The notes: a model not told the origin generated them from the sequence alone. Positions 36,171 to 44,541 are shown, numbered from the stretch's first letter. The stretch: DNA of 64,000 nucleotides from Candidatus Lloydbacteria bacterium (GCA_016214545.1 JACROH010000001.1:116239-180238); one strand, 5' to 3'. Numbers and translations are program-made.

Positions 36171-36202
36171 TTTCAACCCGCTCTCTTTGAGTAATCGCAT
36201 CA

Positions 36203-37882
36203 ATGGTTAGACAATTTTTTACTGTTTTTCACAAAGAATGGAGCGGTCTTCACGAGGCCGCTTATCTTCTCGGGCTTTTCGCGTTTTTATCGCAGGTTCT
36301 TGCGTTGTTTCGTGACCGCTTGCTTGCCGGATCGTTTGGTGCGGGGGCCAATCTTGATATTTATTATACGGCTTTCCGTATCCCCGATTTTTTGTATATT
36401 GCCGTTGCGTCACTCGTATCAGTGACCGTTCTTGTTCCATTTTTTATTAAACATCTCGAAACCGAGAATACAGGCTCCGCGAAGAAATTTATCAATGATG
36501 TTTTCACGGTATTTTTTCTTGTGCTGGTTGGGGTGAGTATCGTTACGTTTCTCTTGATGCCGTGGCTGGTGAAGCTGATTGCTCCCGGGTTTCTTTCGTC
36601 CCAACATGAAACATTGATTTTTTTGTCGCGCGTACTGCTTCTTTCACCGCTTTTGCTCGGCCTTTCAAATTTGTTCGGGTCGATTACTCAATCGTACCGT
36701 CAATTTTTTGTTTATGCCTTGAGCCCGATTCTTTACAATATCGGGATCATTGTGGGTATCATTTTTTGGTCTCCGGCTCACGGCATAGCCGGTGTGGTGT
36801 ATGGGGTCCTCTTGGGCGCTCTTTTGCACCTGTTGGTGCAAATCCCCGCAGTGGCAAAAAAGGGGCTCCTTCCGTCTTTCTCTTTCCGTATTAATTTGCA
36901 GGAAATAAAAGAAGTAACGCTTTTGTCTTTGCCCAGAACCTTTGTGCTCTCGACGCAGCAGTTAATCATGATTATTTTTCTTGCACTAGCCTCGTTGCTC
37001 GGAGAAGGGGCGATTTCGGTGCTCAAATTCTCTTTTAACTTGCAATCGGTTCCGCTTTCCATTATCGGGGTGAGCTATTCGGTGGCGGCGTTCCCGACAC
37101 TGGCTCAACTTTTTTCCAATGGAGACAAGGAAGCTTTTGCAAAACAAATCATGGTGGCGGCCAAGCATATTATTTTCTGGTCGCTGCCGGTGCTCGTGCT
37201 TTTTATCGTGCTTCGCGCGCAGATCGTGAGAAGTGTTTTGGGAACCGGTGCGTTCGGATGGACTGAAACACGCCTAACAGCGGCGGCGCTTGCGCTCTTT
37301 GCGGTCTCTATTGTTGCGCAAAGTCTTGTCTTTCTTTTTGTGCGCGGCTACTATGCATCAAATCATACGCAAAAACCGGTTATTATTAACAGCGTTGCCG
37401 CCATTATCACGGTCGCGCTGGCTTTTTTCTTGCTGAAATTTTTTGAAGCAAATAATTTTTTTCGGTTTTTTGTCGAAGACCTGTTTCGTGTTTCCGATGT
37501 TGCCCATACGTCCGTGCTGATGCTCCCGCTGGCGTTTTCTATCGGCTCGATTGTGAATGCACTCCTATTTTGGGTTATTTTCAAAAAAGATTTTCCCGCT
37601 TTTTCAATGTCTATGGCGTATTCGCTCTATCATAGTTTTGCCGGCTCGGTGGCAATGGGTTTTGTGGCGTATCAAATGCTTGGCGTGCTCGATAATTTTT
37701 TTGACGTCACGACTTTTTGGGGTATCTTATTGCAGGGGTTTTTTGCGGGGGTTGCGGGCATCATTGTCGGCGTTTGTCTGCTTTATGTGCTTGAAAATAA
37801 AGAAGTCAGAGAAATTTGGGAATCCTTTCATCATAAATTCTGGAAAGCGAAAGTGGTTGCGCCGGACCAGCCGGAACTGTAA
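36203..37882 (+). CDS. murJ: Lipid II flippase MurJ (MviN)
   Basis: SQVLALFRDRLLAGSFGAGANLDIYYTAFRIPDFLYIAVASLVSVTVLVPFF; 14-TM topology. Confidence 0.9.
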   Translation: MVRQFFTVFHKEWSGLHEAAYLLGLFAFLSQVLALFRDRLLAGSFGAGANLDIYYTAFRIPDFLYIAVASLVSVTVLVPFFIKHLETENTGSAKKFINDVFTVFFLVLVGVSIVTFLLMPWLVKLIAPGFLSSQHETLIFLSRVLLLSPLLLGLSNLFGSITQSYRQFFVYALSPILYNIGIIVGIIFWSPAHGIAGVVYGVLLGALLHLLVQIPAVAKKGLLPSFSFRINLQEIKEVTLLSLPRTFVLSTQQLIMIIFLALASLLGEGAISVLKFSFNLQSVPLSIIGVSYSVAAFPTLAQLFSNGDKEAFAKQIMVAAKHIIFWSLPVLVLFIVLRAQIVRSVLGTGAFGWTETRLTAAALALFAVSIVAQSLVFLFVRGYYASNHTQKPVIINSVAAIITVALAFFLLKFFEANNFFRFFVEDLFRVSDVAHTSVLMLPLAFSIGSIVNALLFWVIFKKDFPAFSMSMAYSLYHSFAGSVAMGFVAYQMLGVLDNFFDVTTFWGILLQGFFAGVAGIIVGVCLLYVLENKEVREIWESFHHKFWKAKVVAPDQPEL

Positions 37883-37894
37883 CCTATCACTAAC

Positions 37895-39691
37895 ATGCAA
37901 AATACGATACGCAATTTTACGATTATCGCGCATATTGACCATGGTAAATCGACGCTTGCCGACCGCATGCTTGAGGTGACGAAAACCATCGAAAAGCGGA
38001 AAATGAAAGCGCAGGTGCTCGACAGCATGGAATTGGAGCGTGAGCGGGGAATTACCATCAAGATGCAGCCGGTGCGGATGTCTTTTGTGCACGACGGAAT
38101 TCCATATACATTGAACCTCATCGACACTCCCGGGCATATTGATTTTTCATATGAAGTCTCTCGCGCGCTGAAAGCGGTGGAGGGGGCGCTTCTTTTGGTT
38201 GATGCAACGCAGGGTATTCAGGCGCAGACTATCACAGTGCTTGAAATGGCGCGCGCCGCGGGGCTTGCCATTATTCCGGCGGTTACCAAAATTGACATGC
38301 CGAACGCACGCATTGAAGAAGTGAAACAAAATGTCGCGATGCTTCTCGACATAGAACCGGAAACGATTCTTGAAGTGTCGGGGAAAACGGGGCAAGGAGT
38401 AACGGAACTTTTGTCGGAAGTGATTGTGCGTGTGCCTCCGCCGAAATCGGCTTTTTCGGAACCTTCATTCCGCGGGGGCGGGCGTGCGCTCATTTTTGAT
38501 TTTGAATACTCGACGCACCGCGGGGTAATTTTGTATGTCCGCGTGACCGATGGGCAATTCAAAAAAGGCGATTCGCTTATGTTTATTGCCGCAAAAAAAT
38601 CATTTCAAGCGATAGAGGTTGGCGTGTTTATTCCGGAAAAAGAACCGGAAGATGTGCTGTCGTCGGGGAATATCGGCTATATTGTCACGGGGATTAAGCA
38701 GCCAAACATTGCATCGGTGGGGGATACGGTTACGTCTGCGCGGAATCCGCTTCCGCCGATTGCGGGCTATGCACTGCCATCGCCGGTTGTGTGGGCCTCG
38801 GTATATCCGGAAAGCCAGGATGATTTTACTTCATTGAAGGGCGCGCTTGAGCGGCTAAAACTCTCCGATTCGTCGCTTTCGTTTGAAGAAGAGTCGTCGG
38901 GGACGCTCGGGCGCGGCTTTCGATTGGGGCTTCTCGGAATGCTCCATTTGGAAATCATCACCGAACGTCTGCGCCGGGAATTTCAATTGGAGCTTGTGGT
39001 AACCTCGCCCACCATTACCTATAAAATAATTTTTGGGAAGGGGAAAGAGACCATGGTGTATTCGCCCTCGCTTTTTCCGGACCATGGGGCATACGAAGAA
39101 GCGTTTGAGCCGTGGGTGCGAGCGCGCATCATTACGCCGTCTGAATATGTGAGTGCGATGATGCCGATACTGCACGACCACGAAGCGACGCTTGAAACCT
39201 CGGAAAGCTTCTTAGGAGAACGAGTTTCTTTTGAAATCAAGATGCCGCTTCGGGAGCTTATGCGTAATTTTTTTGACGAGCTCAAGAGCGTCTCTTCCGG
39301 ATTCGCATCGCTTTCGTATGTCATTGAAGAATTTCGAAAGGCGGACGTGGCGCGGCTTGATGTCTTAGTGGCTGATGAGGTCGTCCCCGCTTTTTCTCAG
39401 GTAGTGTCTCATCGGCGGGCGGAAGAAGAAGCGAGGAAAAGCGTTGAAAAACTGCGCGCCATTCTTCCGCGGCAGCTTTTCGTGGTAAAAATCCAGGCAA
39501 AGGCGCTGGGCAGGATTATCGCTTCAGAAACGCTCTCGGCAATGCGGAAAGACGTTACCGGGTATCTCTACGGAGGCGATATTACGCGCAAAATGAAACT
39601 GCTCGAGAAACAAAAACGGGGAAAGAAAAAAATGAAATCGCGCGGACTTAAAAAAAGAGCGGCACGTACAACAAAACCATTCCGAGAATGA
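37895..39691 (+). CDS. lepA: Elongation factor 4 (LepA)
   Basis: IRNFTIIAHIDHGKSTLADR G1 motif, DTPGH G3, LepA-specific C-terminal domain; TGA stop. Confidence 0.95.
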   Translation: MQNTIRNFTIIAHIDHGKSTLADRMLEVTKTIEKRKMKAQVLDSMELERERGITIKMQPVRMSFVHDGIPYTLNLIDTPGHIDFSYEVSRALKAVEGALLLVDATQGIQAQTITVLEMARAAGLAIIPAVTKIDMPNARIEEVKQNVAMLLDIEPETILEVSGKTGQGVTELLSEVIVRVPPPKSAFSEPSFRGGGRALIFDFEYSTHRGVILYVRVTDGQFKKGDSLMFIAAKKSFQAIEVGVFIPEKEPEDVLSSGNIGYIVTGIKQPNIASVGDTVTSARNPLPPIAGYALPSPVVWASVYPESQDDFTSLKGALERLKLSDSSLSFEEESSGTLGRGFRLGLLGMLHLEIITERLRREFQLELVVTSPTITYKIIFGKGKETMVYSPSLFPDHGAYEEAFEPWVRARIITPSEYVSAMMPILHDHEATLETSESFLGERVSFEIKMPLRELMRNFFDELKSVSSGFASLSYVIEEFRKADVARLDVLVADEVVPAFSQVVSHRRAEEEARKSVEKLRAILPRQLFVVKIQAKALGRIIASETLSAMRKDVTGYLYGGDITRKMKLLEKQKRGKKKMKSRGLKKRAARTTKPFRE

Positions 39692-39834
39692 CGATAATAC
39701 CGATAATAGCCCAGATGCCGTGCGCTATTTTTTTGTATTTTTTATTAAACATGGCCGGTGTCTGATTCTTTTTGAGCTCGATTATTCTGTGTGCTATACT
39801 ATAGCACATTATCACGGTTACGCGCTATTTTACC

Positions 39835-40212
39835 ATGTCAATAAACGATTTTCGAAAAAAAAGACAATTAAAACGCATTCTGTATTCAACGGGGGCCCTC
39901 GTGGTTCTTGGTGTTATAGTCTTTTTCCTTGGTCATGCGACGTGGGATGTGTATCAAAAAGCGAAGCTTACGGATGAGCGGCGGCAAGAAGCATTAAATG
40001 AGCTCACGCGCCTAAAGAAACAAGAAGCAACCCTTAAAGAGCAATTACAGCGTTTGCAAACGGACCGCGGCATCGAAGAAGAGGTGCGCACAAAATTCAA
40101 TGTTGCAAAAGAAGGGGAGAAGGTCATCACGATTACTTCGCCGCAAAACGGGGAAGAAAGCGGTACCTCGCAGGCAGCCCCTTGGTGGAAGCGAATTTTT
40201 GGTATTCAGTAA
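39835..40212 (+). CDS. Septum formation initiator (FtsB/DivIC-like) protein
   Basis: N-terminal TM (LYSTGALVVLGVIVFFLG), then coiled coil NELTRLKKQEATLKEQLQRLQTD and RGIEEEVRTKFNVAKEGEKVI. Confidence 0.7.
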   Translation: MSINDFRKKRQLKRILYSTGALVVLGVIVFFLGHATWDVYQKAKLTDERRQEALNELTRLKKQEATLKEQLQRLQTDRGIEEEVRTKFNVAKEGEKVITITSPQNGEESGTSQAAPWWKRIFGIQ

Positions 40213-40218
40213 TTTTTT

Positions 40219-40289
40219 GCGGGTATAGTTTAGTGGCAGAATGGTTGCTTCCCAAGCAACAGATCGGAGTTCGATTCTCCGTACCCGCA
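40219..40289 (+). tRNA. tRNA-Gly (anticodon CCC)
   Basis: Cloverleaf folded by hand: acceptor GCGGGTA/TACCCGC, anticodon stem GTTGC/GCAAC with loop TTCCCAA, T-arm CGGAG-TTCGATT-CTCCG, discriminator A; no encoded CCA. Confidence 0.9.
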
Positions 40290-40309
40290 TCATGAGCCCT
40301 GCGAATGAG

Positions 40310-40467
40310 GTGGGTACAGCAAGCCAACTGCTTGGCTTGCGTGGAGAATCGAAAAGCGGAGCCATATTGCCAACAAGCAATGGCGAGCTGGGGTCGAGAG
40401 TACTTAGCAGATTTTGAGCGTAGCGAAGAAATCGCTTAGTAACTCGTGACCGATTCTCCGTACCCAC
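40310..40467 (+). other. tRNA-like element / degenerate tRNA-Gly paralog with a ~100-nt internal segment
   Basis: 5' GTGGGTA (40310-16) and 3' TACCCAC (40461-67) form a perfect 7-bp acceptor-like stem that differs from tRNA-Gly by a compensatory pair. 3' side repeats the tRNA-Gly T-loop (cgattctccgtaccc). Internal 7-bp hairpin gcaagcc/ggcttgc and a 9-bp long-range helix ggagaatcg/cgattctcc. No T-arm. Confidence 0.3.
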
Positions 40468-40601
40468 ATAAAAATAATAAAGAGTCAGGCGCGAAGAGGG
40501 AGCCGTTTATTGACATTTTAGTATCTTTACGTATAATATTTTTTAGGCTAGTTTAAAGTTTTTTATCTTTGTCATAAAATAAATAACTGAAAGGGAAAAT
40601 T

Positions 40602-40880
40602 ATGCCCACTCCTGTTTGGAAAGAGGGGTACGTTCCGCTTGAGAAAGGGGAATTGGTAGTCTTGATATGGCGGTGGGGACAGCCAAACAAAACGGAAGTT
40701 GACGCGGTCAGTGTATCCTCGGATGAGCTGCTCCATCATCCGTGCGGAGGGCGTCTCATCGTAAAGCCGGTGGAGAAAAATAAAGAACTCTCTTGTCAAA
40801 AATGTGGTTTTTGGACGGTCTTTCCGGAAGAAATAAAAACTCTGGGAGAACTCAAGAGTTTCCTTGCAAAAGAATCTTGA
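40602..40880 (+). CDS. Small zinc-ribbon-like protein, hypothetical
   Basis: 92 aa; HHPCGG...CQKCG pattern; RBS gaaaggga upstream; first gene after the tRNA-Gly region. Confidence 0.55.
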   Translation: MPTPVWKEGYVPLEKGELVVLIWRWGQPNKTEVDAVSVSSDELLHHPCGGRLIVKPVEKNKELSCQKCGFWTVFPEEIKTLGELKSFLAKES

Positions 40881-40923
40881 TTGCATAAAGTGTTTTTCCA
40901 AACGGTATTGAAAGGAGCGTACA

Positions 40924-41532
40924 ATGGAAGAAAGACAGAAAAAGATTATTTTTTTGAAAGGTAAAAAAGTTAATCTCCGTCCGTTGCGTAAAGCAACCGA
41001 CTTTGAATCGTGTCTTCGTTGGATTAACGATTGCGAAGTGAATCAGTATCTTGCTACCTATCTTCCAATGTCAGAACAAAAAGAGGAAGAATGGTTCGAT
41101 AAAACCTCAAAAAGCAGTGACAATATCGTTTTTGCGATTGAGGTTTCGGATGTCCTGAATGGCGGCATGCCTATCGGACTCATCGGGCTTCACAACATTA
41201 ATTGGAAAGACCGCACGGCTGTAACCGGAGCGGTAATCGGAGAAAAAGAATATTGGAATCAGGGTTATGGCACTGATGCCAAAATGTTGATCCTCGAGTA
41301 TGCCTTTAATACGCTCAATCTTCACAAGATTTGTTCCTCGGTAGTGGAGTTTAATAAGCGAAGTTTGCAGTACAATCTGCACTGTGGTTACAAACTTGAG
41401 GGAACAGAGCGCAAGCAGGTCTTCAAAAGAGGCAGATATTGGGATAAGTATATTTTGGGAGTGTTCAAAAACGATTGGCTACCGGTTTGGAGGACGTACC
41501 AAAAAACCGGAAAAGTAAAAGAAAAAATATAA
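40924..41532 (+). CDS. GNAT-family N-acetyltransferase (RimJ/RimL-like)
   Basis: VNLRPLRKATDFESCLRWINDCEVNQYL...GLIGLHNINWKDRTAVTGAVIGEKEYWNQGYGTDAKMLILEYAFNTLNLHKI matches the Acetyltransf_3 / RimL pattern. Confidence 0.85.
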   Translation: MEERQKKIIFLKGKKVNLRPLRKATDFESCLRWINDCEVNQYLATYLPMSEQKEEEWFDKTSKSSDNIVFAIEVSDVLNGGMPIGLIGLHNINWKDRTAVTGAVIGEKEYWNQGYGTDAKMLILEYAFNTLNLHKICSSVVEFNKRSLQYNLHCGYKLEGTERKQVFKRGRYWDKYILGVFKNDWLPVWRTYQKTGKVKEKI

Positions 41533-41534
41533 TC

Positions 41535-41653
41535 TTTTCAAAAAAGCCGCTACAATGTAGCGGCTTTTGTTTTTTTCTGGATTCATGCTATCGTACGGGA
41601 AGTTAAAAAAGAACATTGAAAAATCAAAGGAAAGGAGAAGGAAGATGAATATT
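41535..41653 (+). repeat. 119-bp module copy 1: terminator hairpin, promoter-like region, RBS, ATG AAT ATT
   Basis: ttttcaaaaaagccgctacaatgtagcggcttttgtttttttctggattcatgctatcgtacgggaagttaaaaaagaacattgaaaaatcaaaggaaaggagaaggaagatgaatatt; 100% identical to 42566-42684. Confidence 0.9.
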
Positions 41654-42502
41654 TTAGACTTAGATTGTCTGAAACGTTTACAGAATTGGGTAGCTGACAA
41701 CGAGCGCCGTATGCGCGGAGCGGGTCCTCGTTGGGAAATGTATAAAAGATTAGCTCGCGACCTGGTGGATAAAGGAGATTGGTTTTGGATTCCGCTTGAT
41801 AGCGGGACACAAATACCGCTTATTGATGCACTGCTCTACCTAGCAGAGATTTCTGACCGAAAATCGATTCCAAGATTAAAGAAACTTGTCAAAAGATATA
41901 CCGCCCCATCTCCAAACTCAAAAAACGAGGACGAGTGGCGAGCATGCCGAGGAGGTGGCTTTGTGAAGGCGCTCTATGGGCCAGCCGATGAGATACCCAA
42001 GGAGGTTCAAAGGCGGGCAATTGAATCGCTTCTCAGGTTACTTTCTCTCCCGGAAGCAAAGAAATATACAGAAGAGCTGTTTGACGAAATTGATATAGAA
42101 AGCTTAGACTGGAGAACCATAAAGACGCTAACGGGTTTCATCGAAAAAAATAAAATGGCGGAATTTTCCTCGAGGGTATTAAAATTAGGCAAAACCATGA
42201 AATTTATTTTTGATGGATGTTCCAAGTCGTTTAATAGTTTATATGGGTATGAAGAGTTAGTTTTTTGTGCCTTTAATATCTCGGAAGAGAACGCAGAAAA
42301 AAAAGAAGCGTGGTGGATTCTAATTGAAGAATATAATCATCCCGACGGTTATGATAAATACAAAAGATCACATGACAGGATCGATCTTATTTTGTGTGAA
42401 ATCGTGGACCGTGAACGCCGAGAAGGACAATCGAGAACAGAGCCTCTCCTTGATCAAAGACGTCTTGCGAAAGACATGCCTTATTACAGAAAACATTACT
42501 GA
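41645..42502 (+). CDS. Hypothetical protein A (285 aa), first gene driven by the duplicated module
   Basis: Starts MNILDLDCLKRLQNW at the module ATG; RBS aaggagaagg; ~42% GC; no recognisable domain. Confidence 0.7.
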   Translation: MNILDLDCLKRLQNWVADNERRMRGAGPRWEMYKRLARDLVDKGDWFWIPLDSGTQIPLIDALLYLAEISDRKSIPRLKKLVKRYTAPSPNSKNEDEWRACRGGGFVKALYGPADEIPKEVQRRAIESLLRLLSLPEAKKYTEELFDEIDIESLDWRTIKTLTGFIEKNKMAEFSSRVLKLGKTMKFIFDGCSKSFNSLYGYEELVFCAFNISEENAEKKEAWWILIEEYNHPDGYDKYKRSHDRIDLILCEIVDRERREGQSRTEPLLDQRRLAKDMPYYRKHY

Positions 42503-42565
42503 ATAAACTTCAAAAAACAGGAAAGGTGCCTGAAAAAAGATCCGTAATAAAGAAAGTTTTTTAAA

Positions 42566-42684
42566 TTTTCAAAAAAGCCGCTACAATGTAGCGGCTTTTG
42601 TTTTTTTCTGGATTCATGCTATCGTACGGGAAGTTAAAAAAGAACATTGAAAAATCAAAGGAAAGGAGAAGGAAGATGAATATT
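42566..42684 (+). repeat. 119-bp module copy 2 (identical to copy 1)
   Basis: Exact repeat 1,031 bp downstream of copy 1, again ending in ATG AAT ATT, which starts gene B. Confidence 0.9.
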
Positions 42685-42942
42685 ATTGGCGGATTTTTGT
42701 GTTCAGTTGGTCTGCATAAATTTGAAAAGGAACCGTCCCTGAAGGAGCCGATTAAAATGACGGGTGTGCACTTTGCCTTTTGGAGTGAGGCTGTTCAAAA
42801 AGGCGTCAAGAAGTGCTTAAGGGATGGTTGCGAAGCCACCAAGAAGGTATGGAGGCTAGGAATATATGGCCCCGGTGGCATGGCGAGTGAATGGGAGACA
42901 CTTGATGAAAAGAAAGAGAGGAAGAAAGATGAGTCCTATTGA
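42676..42942 (+). CDS. Hypothetical small protein B (88 aa)
   Basis: Starts MNIIGGFLCSVGLHKF at the module ATG; Cys/His scattered; KK/E-rich tail. Confidence 0.55.
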   Translation: MNIIGGFLCSVGLHKFEKEPSLKEPIKMTGVHFAFWSEAVQKGVKKCLRDGCEATKKVWRLGIYGPGGMASEWETLDEKKERKKDESY

Positions 42943-43189
42943 AAAAGGACCTACAGTAGTTACCATGCAATTTGATTGGGCGAATCACAGACACATTTTA
43001 GAAATGACCACATGCCGTGGGTCTGATCATTATTCTGGCGATAGAGAAGGGGAGGTGTGCTCGCTATGCCAGGAAGCCGCGAATCAGTCAGGAATTCCCC
43101 ACAAGGAACATTTCAAACATCCCCGTGACTGCAAATGTTTCCAGTGTGTGTTTTGTAAATGTTCAAAAGTCAACGAGCGCGATAAATAA
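42929..43189 (+). CDS. Hypothetical Cys-rich small protein C (86 aa), translationally coupled to B
   Basis: ATG 42929 overlaps the end of B by 14 nt; CRGSDHYSGDREGEVCSLCQ and HPRDCKCFQCVFCKC clusters suggest metal binding. Confidence 0.45.
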   Translation: MSPIEKGPTVVTMQFDWANHRHILEMTTCRGSDHYSGDREGEVCSLCQEAANQSGIPHKEHFKHPRDCKCFQCVFCKCSKVNERDK

Positions 43190-43205
43190 TCTGCAATCTG
43201 CCAAT

Positions 43206-43246
43206 TTTTCAAAAAAGCCGCTACATTGTAGCGGCTTTTGTTTTTT
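43206..43246 (+). terminator. Third copy of the module hairpin only (1 mismatch); bidirectional terminator for gene C and the convergent dCMP deaminase gene
   Basis: ttttcaaaaaagccgctacattgtagcggcttttgtttttt. Confidence 0.8.
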
Positions 43247-43254
43247 ATTCTTCC

Positions 43255-43755
43255 TCACGTCATATTATTTTTTTGGTAACGAGTTTCTGTCGCCATGCCC
43301 GTAATTTTGTCAAATTGAATGTTGCTTATTCCCAACGTTTCGGTAACCAGGCGGCACCCATCGCACGCCCAATAGTGCCCGACGAGACAGAGTGTTGCTC
43401 CCGCAAGGGTTGCCCGCTCTTCCTTTGTAAATGCCTGAAGAACCTCATCTTTTGAGGGCCGAAGGTGACTCGCGAATACCGCCAATTCTTCCGGTTTTCG
43501 ATTTGGTCTGATGTTGAGACACGCCATTACCTCTGCGTGTAATGGCTGGCACAATTCATAATTGGTTCCGGTTTTGACGGTTATTCTCGGGCATACCGAT
43601 ACCGACTCGCCGTGAGAAAGCCCCAGAGGAGCGCATAGATTGCAGCCAGTGGAGAGTATCTCATTATTTTTGACAATAATGGCGCCCGTTTTTGTTTTTA
43701 AACAGGTGGAATGCTTGCTAAACCGACTTGCTATCTCAAAGAACCTTTTAGACAT
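43255..43755 (-). CDS. dCMP deaminase (ComEB-like cytidine/deoxycytidylate deaminase fold)
   Basis: MSKRFFEIASRFSKHSTCLKTKTGAIIVKNNEILSTGCN...PLHAEVMA...ACDGC: H(A)E and CxxC zinc-binding motifs. Confidence 0.85.
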   Translation of the reverse strand: MSKRFFEIASRFSKHSTCLKTKTGAIIVKNNEILSTGCNLCAPLGLSHGESVSVCPRITVKTGTNYELCQPLHAEVMACLNIRPNRKPEELAVFASHLRPSKDEVLQAFTKEERATLAGATLCLVGHYWACDGCRLVTETLGISNIQFDKITGMATETRYQKNNMT

Positions 43756-43827
43756 AGTGCTTCCTCCAAAATAGAGATTTCTATTTTTATGCTATACTAT
43801 GTATATCATATTTAACAATTAATCATA

Positions 43828-44070
43828 TTGCCTTATATGAAAAACGTATCAATTTACACGACGCCGACCTGCGGATATTGCCGAATGGCGAAAGATTTTT
43901 TTAAAGAGCATAATATTGCCTATATTGAATATGACGTCGCGGCCGATACGGAGAAACGCAAAGAAATGATAGACAAGAGCGGACAAATGGGGGTGCCGGT
44001 CATGTTTATCGGAAAGGACATGATCATCGGTTTCAATGAAGAAAAAATAAAATCGGCGTTGGGGATATAA
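43828..44070 (+). CDS. Glutaredoxin/NrdH-like redoxin
   Basis: VSIYTTPTCGYCRMAKDFFKEHNIAYIEYDV...GQMGVPVMFIG with CGYC active site. Confidence 0.8.
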   Translation: MPYMKNVSIYTTPTCGYCRMAKDFFKEHNIAYIEYDVAADTEKRKEMIDKSGQMGVPVMFIGKDMIIGFNEEKIKSALGI

Positions 44071-44133
44071 TCAGTACAACAAAAAACTCGCCAAGAAATG
44101 GCGAGTTTTTTGTTTCATCATGCTTTATTGTTA

Positions 44134-44205
44134 TGCCCCCGGCAGGAATTGAACCTACATCTATCCCTTAGGACGGGACTGTTCTATCCGTTGAACTACA
44201 GGGGC
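44134..44205 (-). tRNA. tRNA-Arg (anticodon CCT)
   Basis: Reverse complement folds: acceptor GCCCCTG/CGGGGGC (one G-U), D-arm GTTC/GAAC, anticodon stem GTCCC/GGGAT with loop GTCCTAA, T-arm GTAGG-TTCAATT-CCTGC. Confidence 0.85.
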
Positions 44206-44274
44206 GCAAGGTATTATAACTCTAGCACTATAGCATATCCGCCTTGTTTTTTATAGATTTTTTAGTATTATTGG

Positions 44275-44541
44275 ATGATGGAACCGGATATACAAAAGCT
44301 GCTCAAAGAAAATCTGGCGTTGTCGGAGGAGAACAATAAGATACTAAAACGCCTACAGAGTAACATGCGATGGGGGAGATTTTTGCATGCCGTATATTGG
44401 GTTATTATTATCGGTTCGGCATTTGGCGCGTATTATTTTGCACAGCCGTATATCAATCAGCTTATGCAGATGTATGGGAAGCTGCAAAGTATCGGCGGTT
44501 CCGTTTCTCCGAATATATTGGACGCGCTCAAATCTTTTTAA
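44275..44541 (+). CDS. Small hypothetical membrane protein (88 aa)
   Basis: ORF between two tRNA genes with one TM helix (FLHAVYWVIIIGSAFGAYYFA). Confidence 0.45.
   Translation: MMEPDIQKLLKENLALSEENNKILKRLQSNMRWGRFLHAVYWVIIIGSAFGAYYFAQPYINQLMQMYGKLQSIGGSVSPNILDALKSF

Noticed and set aside
40310-40467. Interpretation as a bona fide tmRNA (ssrA)
   Set aside because: Only ~160 nt, no T-arm, no pseudoknot-sized regions; kept only as a tRNA-like element of uncertain nature.
43255-43755. dCMP deaminase as an anti-phage nucleotide-depletion (dCTP deaminase) defence gene
   Set aside because: Size and motifs match ordinary ComEB-like dCMP deaminase; no fused kinase or extra domains typical of the defensive enzymes.
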